From: Patescibacteria group bacterium
Lineage (GTDB): Bacteria; Patescibacteriota; Minisyncoccia; UBA6257; 02-FULL-45-10c
Length of the DNA: 55,153 nt
NCBI GenBank assembly: GCA_018969615.1
Contig: JAGWYA010000006.1
Coordinates: 1 to 55,153, forward strand
Direction of reading: 5' to 3'
Shown in pieces: positions 1 through 9,332 of the stretch. Every line of letters begins with the position of its first letter. The stretch's first letter is position 1. The notes beneath the pieces are model-generated. The model had not been told where the DNA came from, searched no databases, and was given only the letters and a program-made list of their open reading frames with translations. The position numbers were made by a program, and so were the translations under genes.

Positions 1-1
1 G

Positions 2-1573
2 CTAAATGCCGAGGGAGTCGGTGACCTGTTGAAAAAGGATATCTCGAAGAGGTTGCAGGTGTATGTGGATGCGGCCGATGCGTTCTTCGAGCGGGCGAGA
101 CTCGATCAGCATTACACTTACTCATTTTTGCGTGGGATTGAGGGGGCGCTAAAGGACCATCCGGACATTGCGAGAAATACAAGCTGGGACGGGATATTGA
201 GTCTGGCTGAGAGCATAATGAAGTCCGGTGAAGCGGCGGCATTCGATAGAAGTAAACGGGAGAGAAATTTCCATGCATGGCTGGCCGACTGGGACGCTGT
301 CCATTCGGGACTGGCTGATGTGATTCGGGGGTTACTGAGCGAGAAGGATGGACGACTTCCGTTGGATTTCCAGCGATACAGGGATAGAATCCGGGTAGTT
401 TTGGGCTACCTTCTCGCCCACCCAGATCCTTCTCCTGCAGACGAGCAGTTGGAGACGGCCAAACACAAAATCAAATCACCAGGTGATGCGGATTATCGGG
501 TTGGCGATCCGTTTACTTCTGCAATCAACTCGGTGCGGGGCCGCGCCTTTCAAGTTCTGGTGATGTTCGCAGATCAGGATGGGAAACGCTTTAAAGGCGA
601 GGAACTTGTAAAAATTTCGAAAGACCTCAAAGAGTTATATGAGGACGTCCTAGGGAAAGAAAATACTCGCGCGATAATGTTTATGTTCGGGCACTATCTC
701 CCGAATTTCTATTTTCGCGATAAAGAATGGATTCTGGGACTCTCGCCCCGAATTTTCCCATCGGAGGGTGCGGCGAAGCAGCTTTATACCGCTGCGTGGG
801 AGGGGTATCTCGCCAACAATCTGTATGGAGCAATGTTCTTCGATCCGGAGATCCAAAAACTCTATATGCGCGGTCTCCCTCTGACCGATGCCGATTATCC
901 CGAGCAAAAGCATTTTAGAGATCCCGACTCTGGAATTGCAGTGCATTTGTCCCTCGCCTTCATGCATTACAAAGAGTTTGGTTTTGATCAGCCACTCTTT
1001 AAGGCGTTCTGGAACAGGGCTGATCCCAATTTACACGCGGAATTTATCAACTTTTTGGGCAGATCATTTGTCTCGGGAAATAGCGCCAGTGCTAACGAGG
1101 TGTTGAAAAAAGACCCGGAAAGCAAAGAGCGTTTGAGGAGGCTGTGGGACTGGCTTCTCGAAAAAAACAAGGACTCGAACCTCTTCGTGAAGTTCGGCTT
1201 CTGGGTCAATTTGAAAAAGGAGATTTTTGAGCCCACCTGGCTCGCAGAGCGAGTCAAAAGCACCCTTGTTAAGACTAATGGAGTCTTGGATTGGGACCGG
1301 GGTCTGGCTGAATCAATAGGTCAGCTTGCGGCTGCGGCGCCAAGGGATTCGTTAGAGATCGCCCGGCTGTATTTGCTTGAAGGTGCGGTCCGGGGCGATG
1401 GCCATAAGCGCTATTTCTTTCTGGATTCGGAATGGGGCGGTGCTCTTGAAACTCTTCACTCCAATCGGGAGACAAAGCCTGCAACCGTCGCATTGATTAA
1501 TGAGCTCATTCGTGAAGGCGGGAGTGCGTTCTGGGGCTTCAAGAAGATAATCGAGACCAAGCCGGAGGCGTAG
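2..1573 (+). CDS. C-terminal part of a large helical protein, 5'-truncated; resembles C-termini of large STAND/ATPase-type defence proteins
   Basis: Frame is open from the window edge. Trp-rich helical composition and a DPFTSAINSVRGRAF motif that I recall from such proteins. No catalytic motif visible in this part. Confidence 0.5.
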   Translation, partial: LNAEGVGDLLKKDISKRLQVYVDAADAFFERARLDQHYTYSFLRGIEGALKDHPDIARNTSWDGILSLAESIMKSGEAAAFDRSKRERNFHAWLADWDAVHSGLADVIRGLLSEKDGRLPLDFQRYRDRIRVVLGYLLAHPDPSPADEQLETAKHKIKSPGDADYRVGDPFTSAINSVRGRAFQVLVMFADQDGKRFKGEELVKISKDLKELYEDVLGKENTRAIMFMFGHYLPNFYFRDKEWILGLSPRIFPSEGAAKQLYTAAWEGYLANNLYGAMFFDPEIQKLYMRGLPLTDADYPEQKHFRDPDSGIAVHLSLAFMHYKEFGFDQPLFKAFWNRADPNLHAEFINFLGRSFVSGNSASANEVLKKDPESKERLRRLWDWLLEKNKDSNLFVKFGFWVNLKKEIFEPTWLAERVKSTLVKTNGVLDWDRGLAESIGQLAAAAPRDSLEIARLYLLEGAVRGDGHKRYFFLDSEWGGALETLHSNRETKPATVALINELIREGGSAFWGFKKIIETKPEA

Positions 1574-1596
1574 GCGAGTGCCGCTACAGATAGGGA

Positions 1597-1625
1597 TTGC
1601 CGGAAATGAGGGGCTCTGTTAGAAT
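1597..1625 (+). promoter_or_regulatory. sigma70-type promoter for the lanthipeptide operon
   Basis: TTGCCG-N17-TAGAAT with an extended -10 TG; GAGG SD before ATG 1678. Confidence 0.5.
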
Positions 1626-1677
1626 ATCATCACTGTTGTAGGTTCGGCGAAAATCTTCTGTAAACGAGGGTAAAAAG

Positions 1678-2256
1678 ATGCGGGGAATTCCTGCGATCAT
1701 TGCGCTTTTTGCGGCTTTTGTGGTTGCCGCGATGCCGTTGCACGCCGAGGCCGGCGTGCCCAAGGGATGGACGCTTCAGGGGTCAAAGCCGAACGATTAT
1801 GTCGTGCAGATGGAGTCTGAAAAGGGACTCCATGGCAGAAGTGTTCTCATTGAAGCCAAGGACGATTCTCAGGGAAATGCGACGCTCATGCAGGCTATCG
1901 AAGCTGATCATTATCGCGGAAAGCGAATTCGCTTTTCTGGCTACATCAAGGGCAATGGCGTGAAGTCGTGGGCGGGCCTTTGGATGCGCGTGAACGATAT
2001 GAACAATCGCGTGACTGTGTTTGACAACACGGAGAAGCGGGGCTTCCACGGGGACGGCGATTGGAAGAAGATGGATATCGTCTTTGATGTTCCGCGCGAG
2101 AGCGAGACCATTTCGTTCGGCGTGCTGCTCTCGGGGGCGGGGAAGATCTGGGTGAGCGGCCTCAAGTTCGAGGTGGTCGGGAAATCGGTGCCTGTCACGG
2201 TCAAGTCGTTTTCTCACGAGCTGAGCAAGACGCCGGTGAACATGGATCTTGAGTAG
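1678..2256 (+). CDS. Secreted beta-sandwich (galactose-binding/CBM-like) domain protein
   Basis: Signal peptide ending LHA-EA. Motifs LMQAIEADHYRGKRIRFSG, WAGLWMRV, FDN and ISFGVLLSGAGKIW are typical of the domain seen fused to AraC regulators and erythromycin esterases. Confidence 0.7.
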   Translation: MRGIPAIIALFAAFVVAAMPLHAEAGVPKGWTLQGSKPNDYVVQMESEKGLHGRSVLIEAKDDSQGNATLMQAIEADHYRGKRIRFSGYIKGNGVKSWAGLWMRVNDMNNRVTVFDNTEKRGFHGDGDWKKMDIVFDVPRESETISFGVLLSGAGKIWVSGLKFEVVGKSVPVTVKSFSHELSKTPVNMDLE

Positions 2257-2272
2257 TAGGTAGGGGCCTCTT

Positions 2273-3307
2273 ATGCGGAGAGCTGCGGCCGTCGGTTCGA
2301 TTGCGCTGACAGTGGTCTTTGCGTTCGCGATTTCTCGCGGTCTTGCGCAATCGGGATCTCGAGAGGCTCCCACTGCTGATGTTGCGTACGGCGACCCCGG
2401 CCATCGCGCCTTCTTTAACTATCAGAAGTTTCTGATAGGTCGTGGTGAGGGCGGGATAACATCGGAACAGTGGCAGTCTCTGGATCGGGAGGCTCGTTCC
2501 CAGCGCATCGGTCGGGAGGAGACGTTCCTTGCAAAGAAGTATAAGGAGCTTTCCGCCAAGACGAATCTGAGCGGCGCCGAGCGTGACTTCTTTGTTGCTG
2601 TCTGGGGGCAGCAGGACTCTTCCGGGAGGGTCAGAGATCGCTCAGGTGAACCTGCCACCCAGCGAATGGCGACCACGGCGATTGCGGGGCGCTTATCAAA
2701 GTTGGCCACCAAAGTCGGCGGTGTGGAGGGTTCTCTCGATACGCTGTATGACGGCGGTCGGCGACATGACGGGGTCGTGGGAGTCCCTGGGCAGAATCGC
2801 CGAGCACAGTACTCCGGAGCCCTTTCTCCGAAGGCTCCCGTGCGATTGGACGCTGTGGCGCCTGTTCCGCTTCCGACCCGCAAAGATGAATCGTCTGGGA
2901 AAGGCGGTATCCCGTGGGGGCTCCTGGGAATGGTGACGGTCGCCCTGCTCCCCATTGCCTATGCATTCGCGAAGCGTGAGGTGAAGAAGGAACTGGCGAG
3001 CGAGTTTGATCTGGACATACGCTTGAGTCCATCTGAAAAATCCTCGGATGATCCGCCTGCGCCTGACGACACAAAGGTCAGTTGCGCAAAGACCTGTGAC
3101 AGCACGTGCCCGGCAACGTGCGAGAATAGTTGCGGGAAGGGCACGTGCGAAGATTCGTGCCCATCGACCTGTTCCGGCACCTGCCAAGACACCTGCCTTG
3201 CGACCTGCGAAGATACGTGCAACTTCACCTGCAAGGATACCTGTCCGAGCACGTGCCCCTGTCCTAAGACAGGCTATACCTGTGGGGACACCTGCGGGTG
3301 TCCCTAG
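2273..3307 (+). CDS. Signal peptide + TM-anchored protein with a C-terminal FDLD-type class I lanthipeptide precursor (LanA-like)
   Basis: Hydrophobic N-terminus (aa ~1-25), TM helix aa ~213-233 followed by KREVKK, FDLD at 3005..3016, then a core with 19 Cys. Its stop overlaps the lanC start. Confidence 0.8.
   Translation: MRRAAAVGSIALTVVFAFAISRGLAQSGSREAPTADVAYGDPGHRAFFNYQKFLIGRGEGGITSEQWQSLDREARSQRIGREETFLAKKYKELSAKTNLSGAERDFFVAVWGQQDSSGRVRDRSGEPATQRMATTAIAGRLSKLATKVGGVEGSLDTLYDGGRRHDGVVGVPGQNRRAQYSGALSPKAPVRLDAVAPVPLPTRKDESSGKGGIPWGLLGMVTVALLPIAYAFAKREVKKELASEFDLDIRLSPSEKSSDDPPAPDDTKVSCAKTCDSTCPATCENSCGKGTCEDSCPSTCSGTCQDTCLATCEDTCNFTCKDTCPSTCPCPKTGYTCGDTCGCP
3080..3304 (+). repeat. Coding (S/T)-C-x-x tetrapeptide repeats (precursor core)
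   Basis: SCAKTCDSTCPATCENSCGKGTCEDSCPSTCSGTCQDTCLATCEDTCNFTCKDTCPSTCPCPKTGYTCGDTCGCP: 14 TC + 3 SC. DNA shows recurring ACCTGC/ACGTGC at mostly 12-bp spacing. Confidence 0.9.
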
Positions 3308-4623
3308 CGGCAACGCGGAACTCGTTGCGCTGGGCGCCCGTCGTTACTTCTAAGGGGGCGGAAGCAGTAATTTGCGCTGCAGCCGAGCGCATCCGCGACC
3401 CGCAGAATATAGCAACAGCCAATGCTCTGGCTGTATGCCAAACCGCGTATCCCGAATCCATCCATTGGCAGGGATATAGCGTAGCCCAGGGCTTCGCGGG
3501 GCTCGCGATTGCGTGCGGATATCTAAATGACTGCTTCCCATCGAAGGGGTGGGATGCGGTCGGCCACCAATATCTCGCACAGGCCGTACGCTCTTTGGAG
3601 CAATCGCAGAATCCTCCGTTGGGCCTTTTCGCCGGTCTAAGCGGAGTCGGGTTTGCGGCCGACTCGCTTTCGGCGGGCGGGAAGCGGTACGGGAAGCTCC
3701 TGGCTAAGATTGATTCGCATCTCCAGGCGAAGGTGCCCGTGTTCTGCGAGGATCTCGTACAACAAAAGCCAGGCTGCGCAGTTGTGCAGTTCGATGTCAT
3801 CTCAGGTCTTGCCGGCATCGGCTTGTATCTGATGATCCGTAGGGAGGGTATCGGCGACGACGCTTTGGTGGCGATACTGGAATGCTTTATCCATCTCTCC
3901 GAGGAAGTCGATGGGTTGCCGCGCTGGCACTCTCCGACGGCGCTGCTCGACAAAAACATGTTGAAGCGGTTCCCCGGAGGGAACATGAATCTGGGCTTGG
4001 CGCATGGCATTGCGGGACCGCTCGCATTGATGTCGAAGGCCGCCGTAAGCGGTGTTCGTGTTCCGGGTCTCGAGGATGCGATTGACCGAATTGTGCGCCG
4101 GCTGCTCAGCGCGCAAGACCACGATGAGTGGGGTGTCGGTTGGCCGGATGCTATTCCTATTTCCGCCGGAGAGCCGAAAGCATCGTTGTCGTACCGCCCG
4201 GCATGGTGTTATGGCACTGCAGGAGTCGCTCGCGCGTTATGGCTGGCCGCCGCGGCATCTGGAGATCGGAGTATTCAGAATATTGCGATTCAGGCGATGG
4301 CTGGGGTGTCCGAACGGCTTGCTCGGGTGCCTGCGGATCTTCCGCCAACGTTTTGCCATGGGAAAGCGGGTCTTTTGCAAATACTGCTCCGCTTCTATCA
4401 GGATACGGGGATGGAAGTGTTCGCTGGAGACGCGCGCCGACTATTCGATCAAATCGTTGCGACATACGATTCTGCGGCGCCGATGGGCTTTTATTGCGTG
4501 GAGCCTGGAAAGCGCCGCGTCGACAACCCGGGTTTTCTTGATGGCGCGCCTGGCGTCGTGTTGACACTCCTGGCGGCGACGAAACCCGTAGAGCCGACAT
4601 GGGATCGGCTGTTCGCAATCTAG
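3298..4623 (+). CDS. lanC: Lanthionine cyclase LanC
   Basis: NLGLAHGIAG, AWCYG and FCHG (Zn ligands Cys/Cys/His), GFLDGAPG, repeated GxxG motifs. Confidence 0.95.
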   Translation: MSLAATRNSLRWAPVVTSKGAEAVICAAAERIRDPQNIATANALAVCQTAYPESIHWQGYSVAQGFAGLAIACGYLNDCFPSKGWDAVGHQYLAQAVRSLEQSQNPPLGLFAGLSGVGFAADSLSAGGKRYGKLLAKIDSHLQAKVPVFCEDLVQQKPGCAVVQFDVISGLAGIGLYLMIRREGIGDDALVAILECFIHLSEEVDGLPRWHSPTALLDKNMLKRFPGGNMNLGLAHGIAGPLALMSKAAVSGVRVPGLEDAIDRIVRRLLSAQDHDEWGVGWPDAIPISAGEPKASLSYRPAWCYGTAGVARALWLAAAASGDRSIQNIAIQAMAGVSERLARVPADLPPTFCHGKAGLLQILLRFYQDTGMEVFAGDARRLFDQIVATYDSAAPMGFYCVEPGKRRVDNPGFLDGAPGVVLTLLAATKPVEPTWDRLFAI

Positions 4624-4626
4624 GGC

Positions 4627-7600
4627 ATGGCTAAGCGGTCCAAGGCGTATCCCCGCTATGAGCCGTGCGATTTCTTGGCGGTGCGGGCGCCGATGCTGCC
4701 TGTCGATGTGTACTTTTCCCTTAGCAATGCGGCAGAGTTGCGCTCCCTGGCTGCGCGACCGGATATCCGTAGAGCCCTTGCCATCGGGAGTCCCGACCTT
4801 GAAGCGGCTCTGGATAAGTGGCTGCGTTCGGAAAAGCAAGACGCGCATCTTGAGAGCCGGTTGTTGCGATTTCTTATTCGGATGTCAACGCGGCCGACTC
4901 CGTATGGGCTATTCGCCGGAGTCGCGCTCGCTCATTGGGGAAAGACGGATATCTCTTTGAGTGAAGCAGGCTTTTCTACGAGGACTCGCCCCGACATGGA
5001 GTGGCTGTTGGGATTTGTCCGAGAGCTTGAGGAGCGTCCCGAAATTCGGGCGAGTTTGTCTTACTTTGTGAATCCGGGCGTTGGTGTCCGTGACGGGCGG
5101 GTGTATCTTTCGGAGAAATCTCTTCTCGCTGATTCCGCTGAGCCCACCGCGGTCTCCATGAGGGCGAATGCCGCAGTTCAAAGCATTTTGGATGTTGCTC
5201 GTGAGCCCATTCCATATCGGACTCTCCTCGAGCATCTCCAGAAGCGATTCCCACGTCTTGGCATGGATCGCGGCAGAGAAATCCTTGACGCATTGTGGCG
5301 GGAGTCGGTGCTCCTGAGCGAGCTTAGGCCTTCGCTGACTCGGGATGATGTCGCGCAGCGGTTGGCCGATCGCATGGAGCAACTGCCGCTATTGTCTGAT
5401 GTGGCGGCGCGATTCCGGCGATGGCTGGATGCGATGGCTTCTTGGGACCTGTCGGACGAGAAGCCAATCGTGGAGTACCGGAAGTTGTCTGCGGAAGCGG
5501 CAGCAATATGTAAAACAGGTTCCGCAAATCCGATCCAGGTAGACATGCGCTTGTCTCTTGGTGGAAAGAACGTTTCCCGCTCCATTGGCGATGATGCGGC
5601 GCGTGCCGCGGAATTCCTGCTCCAACAGATGCCGCGAGGGTATGAGGACCCCGTCATTGGGCCTTATCGCCATGCCTTCATTGCAAAATACGGCGAAGGC
5701 CCGGGTGTCCCGTTGCTCGAACTCCTCCATCCAGATTACGGATTGGGTCCGCCCACTCATGATGCCAATGCGGCTCAGGGCATCTACGAGCGCAACCGTG
5801 CCGCAAATGGGGCACGAGATAAATTCCTTTCCCAGCTTGCGTTGAATGCTTTGCGAGACGGCAAGATGGTCATTGATTTGGATCGCGAGGCTCAGGAACT
5901 CTTGCGCGGAGGGCCTGGCGATCCTGAGTCCTATCCGCCCTCGCTCGATTTATTCGTATCGGTTGCGGCGGATTCAATCGCTGCCGTAGAGCGAGGTGAA
6001 TACAAAGTTGTTGTTGCGCCGCATGCCGGCAGTCCCGGTGCGGGCAAGAATCTCGGAAGATTTGCAGACTTGCTCGGGAAAGAGGCGCGCAGGGCTCTTG
6101 AAGATGTCGCCTCTTGCGAGTCGCGGCTTTTGCCAGGGCGCATTTTCGCGGAACTGACATACATGCCGCGGAAATTGAGATCGGCGAATGTGTCGATTCG
6201 TCCTCTCGTCAGATCCCATGAAATACTTTGGGGTGTACAACCGGGCGGGGGCTGGGAGCGTGTAGTCCCCTTGGACGAGCTGATTGTTGGGGTCGAGAAG
6301 GGCCGGTTCTTTATTCATTGGCCGCGTGCGAATTCCGATATCGCGATTTGTGCCGGGCATCTTCTAAATAATTCTCGCGCGCCGATAGTGGTTCGGGCCC
6401 TCGCCGAGATGTCGCGCGACAAGATGGCGCATCCGAGCTCATTTCAGTGGGGTTCCGCGGCACAGCTCCCCGTGCTTCCACGGGTGCAGATCGGGCGCGT
6501 TGTGCTTGCTCCGGCCCAATGGCGGCTTACTCGGGAATTTCTCGCGAACCCCGGGGAATGGCGTAAGAGATGGGCGGTGCCCAGATACGTCTACGTCGTT
6601 GAGAACGATAATCGGTTAATCCTCGATCTCGATGATCCGCAGCAATATCGAGAACTTGAAGATGAGCTGAAGGGATTGCCGGTAAACGGGAGGGTTACGC
6701 TGCAGGAGGTGTTCCCCGCATTCAATCATGCCTGGGTGATGGGAGCGCGCGGGCGTTACTTTTCTGAATTTGTCGTTTCGTTGGTTCGTCAGAAATCCCT
6801 GACAGCGCGAGAGCTCGCGGCTTCGGGAGGTGGAACGGACGCGCGAACGCGGCGCCTCGTGTCGCCGAGAGTGTCAAACCAGGAGCGGTTGCGACCCCCT
6901 GGGAGCGACTGGCTATTTGCAAAACTGTATGGAGACGCCGAGGGGGAAGAGTCGCTCATTGCGAATGTGCTGGGTCCGTTCGCAGCGGAGATGGTCCGAT
7001 CAGGGTATGCCGAAGGCTGGCATTATCTTCGTTATAACGACCCAGAGCCTCATGTGCGGCTTCGTTTTAAGGGGAAGCCAGAGACGTTATCGGGCGTCGT
7101 TGTGCCGCGGCTGTTTCGTCTGGCGCAAGACCTGATCGAGAAAAAGGAGCGGCGCAGTCTGGTTGTTGATGCGTACGATCGGGAGATTGAGCGCTACGGC
7201 GGAGTAGTCGGCTTGGCGGAAGTTGAAAAGATATTCTTCGTTGATAGCGTAACAGCTGCGGAACTCATTCGCTTAAAACAATCCGGCGAGATGAAGATGC
7301 CGTTGCTCCATCTCGCGACCTTGAGCATCGACAGCTTCTTGGGGGGCTTGGGAATCCCGGACCAGGAAAAAATTCACTGGTGCCGCGAGTATGGGCTCCC
7401 CCGGGATGCCGGCAGTGCCGAATACCGCAAAGGGCAACGGGAACTGCTAAAGGTATTTGAACGACTCCTGGTGGGCGTGCCTGATGCTGAATGCGGGAAA
7501 GTCGCGAAAATCTTCCGTGATCGGCACGGGAAAATATCCGAAGTCGTCAGCCAGCTTCAAGCGCACGAGAGGGATGGTCGGCTAACAAGGAGTTTGCGCG

Positions 7601-7728
7601 AAATAAGCCATAGCGTCATTCACATCCACTGTAATAGATTGCTGGGTGCCGACAGGGTTGCCGAGCAGGCGGCTGAAGGGCTCCTTGTTCGTATGCGGCT
7701 GAGCCTGGGAAGTAGAAGCCGTCGCTAG
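4627..7728 (+). CDS. lanB: Class I lanthipeptide dehydratase LanB (glutamylation + elimination domains)
   Basis: 1033 aa. RMSTRPTPYGLFAG; C-terminal WLFAKLY, YLRYNDPEPHVRLRF, YDREIERYGG, SVIHIHCNRLLG. Confidence 0.95.
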   Translation: MAKRSKAYPRYEPCDFLAVRAPMLPVDVYFSLSNAAELRSLAARPDIRRALAIGSPDLEAALDKWLRSEKQDAHLESRLLRFLIRMSTRPTPYGLFAGVALAHWGKTDISLSEAGFSTRTRPDMEWLLGFVRELEERPEIRASLSYFVNPGVGVRDGRVYLSEKSLLADSAEPTAVSMRANAAVQSILDVAREPIPYRTLLEHLQKRFPRLGMDRGREILDALWRESVLLSELRPSLTRDDVAQRLADRMEQLPLLSDVAARFRRWLDAMASWDLSDEKPIVEYRKLSAEAAAICKTGSANPIQVDMRLSLGGKNVSRSIGDDAARAAEFLLQQMPRGYEDPVIGPYRHAFIAKYGEGPGVPLLELLHPDYGLGPPTHDANAAQGIYERNRAANGARDKFLSQLALNALRDGKMVIDLDREAQELLRGGPGDPESYPPSLDLFVSVAADSIAAVERGEYKVVVAPHAGSPGAGKNLGRFADLLGKEARRALEDVASCESRLLPGRIFAELTYMPRKLRSANVSIRPLVRSHEILWGVQPGGGWERVVPLDELIVGVEKGRFFIHWPRANSDIAICAGHLLNNSRAPIVVRALAEMSRDKMAHPSSFQWGSAAQLPVLPRVQIGRVVLAPAQWRLTREFLANPGEWRKRWAVPRYVYVVENDNRLILDLDDPQQYRELEDELKGLPVNGRVTLQEVFPAFNHAWVMGARGRYFSEFVVSLVRQKSLTARELAASGGGTDARTRRLVSPRVSNQERLRPPGSDWLFAKLYGDAEGEESLIANVLGPFAAEMVRSGYAEGWHYLRYNDPEPHVRLRFKGKPETLSGVVVPRLFRLAQDLIEKKERRSLVVDAYDREIERYGGVVGLAEVEKIFFVDSVTAAELIRLKQSGEMKMPLLHLATLSIDSFLGGLGIPDQEKIHWCREYGLPRDAGSAEYRKGQRELLKVFERLLVGVPDAECGKVAKIFRDRHGKISEVVSQLQAHERDGRLTRSLREISHSVIHIHCNRLLGADRVAEQAAEGLLVRMRLSLGSRSRR

Positions 7729-7779
7729 ATGCGGAAAACGGTTTCACCTGCGTCACGAGTTATAGATGGCGGGAGATGT

Positions 7780-8139
7780 ATGTCTTCAATAGAGATTTGG
7801 GATGGCATCATCATCGGCGCAGTTGGGGGCGCTGCCGCGGGCATTGCGCTCTCACTTTTTGAGCTTCTCAAAAGTAGAATCGCTGAAGAGCGCGATAAGC
7901 GGGCGGTCTATCGGTGGCTCGTGGCTAACACCACCCCGAAGCCGGGGGAGCAATATCGCTCGACCAAAGAAATTGCGAGTTGGACAAATCTCACGATGGA
8001 GCGGGCGCGATACATTTGTAGTGTTCACCCGCAAATTCTTATGAACGCTAGGACGTCCGAGGATATGGATGATCTTTGGAGCGTCCATGACCGGGGTAAT
8101 ATCAGCATCTATGAGAAGCGCGGGCTGTTGGGTCTCTGA
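7780..8139 (+). CDS. Small protein with an N-terminal TM helix and a possible winged-helix-like C-terminus
   Basis: ATG 7780 after GGGAGA; GIIIGAVGGAAAGIALSLF helix; RSTKEIASWTNLTMERARYIC segment. Confidence 0.6.
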   Translation: MSSIEIWDGIIIGAVGGAAAGIALSLFELLKSRIAEERDKRAVYRWLVANTTPKPGEQYRSTKEIASWTNLTMERARYICSVHPQILMNARTSEDMDDLWSVHDRGNISIYEKRGLLGL

Positions 8140-8189
8140 ATCGTTTCCCGCCCCCTTGAGCGCTTTCTCGATGAATTCGGGGTAAATGG

Positions 8190-9332
8190 GTGATCTGCCT
8201 ATATTGCGGTTTCGACAAACCGGAAGCCGAATTTAGTTCCGAGCACATCATCCCGAAGGCACTTATCTGCGGCGGATTGGAGCCCACCAATCCGTTCATT
8301 CTGCCGGTGTGTGGCAGGTGCAATAACCTTTGTGGCCGTTTCGTTGACCGCCCCTTTATTAAGAATTGGTTTTCTCACGGCAACCGGGCGCACAACGAAC
8401 GCCGTTACGTGGATCTAGCTAGAAACCCCGAGATTCCACTTAGTTATATGGGCTGCTTGAGTGAATCGCCGGTAGCGGGAAAGACCTGCGATAACTGGGT
8501 TGGTCCCACTGGCGACCAGATTTTCCATTTGCACGATCCGTATCCCGACCTGGAGCTTGTCGGGAAACCGCTCCCTGCTCGTGGGCAGACTTTTGATCCA
8601 GGGATGGTCTTTCTATTCATGCGGGCGACGAATCCGGCCTGGCACTCCTGCATCTTGAAATCAGTTGCGGCCGGATTTGAGAACGCGCAACTCTATATCG
8701 TGAATGGCGCGAATCCGCCACCTCCTTTCCAGAAGATTCCATCGGAGCTTGAATCTCTCAAAAATAGGCTAATCGAAATCGTGCAAGAACCGCTCAAGCT
8801 GGAATTCAAGATGGCGGCTGACTATGGAGATCGTTTCCTTTCCAAGCTTGCACTCGGATTTGGCGGCCTTTTACTCAAGTCAGACTTTAAAGTAAGCCAA
8901 GATGCAAAACGGCTTCGGGGATTCCTATGGGAGCGGGACTCTGAAAAACGTGCCACGCTAGAGGTTCGGGGTGCGAGTTTCGGATCTTTGCCGAAGAATG
9001 CAACCGTGGAGCGGGTTCTTCCCTGGGCTCCGGGCCATGTCATATATATCGCCGACATGGGGGAGTTCCTCTCGTTAATTCCAATATTCTACGGCGTTCA
9101 AGCCGCAGCCATAGAGATTGCCCGTGATCGGGCCCTGTGGGAAGGTAAAATCCCGGCAGAGGGTATCATCTACGTCATTGCCCCTGGTTTCAAATCTTGG
9201 ATGCCCGCCAAGCTCGGTCACTACATTGCCGCGCGAATCGGTCAGTTACCGGAAACGGATGAGCTCGAGCAATTCATAAAGGTGGCGGAAAATCCACCGG
9301 AGCTCCCGCCATTTGAGGCACCTAAGTCTTAA
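8190..9332 (+). CDS. HNH endonuclease with zinc finger
   Basis: CLYC ... SEHIIPKAL ... VCGRCNN. Confidence 0.8.
   Translation: MICLYCGFDKPEAEFSSEHIIPKALICGGLEPTNPFILPVCGRCNNLCGRFVDRPFIKNWFSHGNRAHNERRYVDLARNPEIPLSYMGCLSESPVAGKTCDNWVGPTGDQIFHLHDPYPDLELVGKPLPARGQTFDPGMVFLFMRATNPAWHSCILKSVAAGFENAQLYIVNGANPPPPFQKIPSELESLKNRLIEIVQEPLKLEFKMAADYGDRFLSKLALGFGGLLLKSDFKVSQDAKRLRGFLWERDSEKRATLEVRGASFGSLPKNATVERVLPWAPGHVIYIADMGEFLSLIPIFYGVQAAAIEIARDRALWEGKIPAEGIIYVIAPGFKSWMPAKLGHYIAARIGQLPETDELEQFIKVAENPPELPPFEAPKS

Noticed and set aside
3080..3304. CRISPR array or DNA tandem repeat
   Set aside because: The 12-bp periodicity reflects the peptide repeat; there are no identical repeats with spacers and no cas genes.
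2981..3307. Stand-alone 108-aa LanA from GTG 2981
   Set aside because: Not preferred but not excluded. The best SD-like sequence (GAGGTG) overlaps the codon itself, and the upstream frame is open with a coherent signal/TM layout.
4627..7728. Thiopeptide cluster
   Set aside because: LanB is full-length, a LanC is present, and no YcaO or pyridine synthase is in view.
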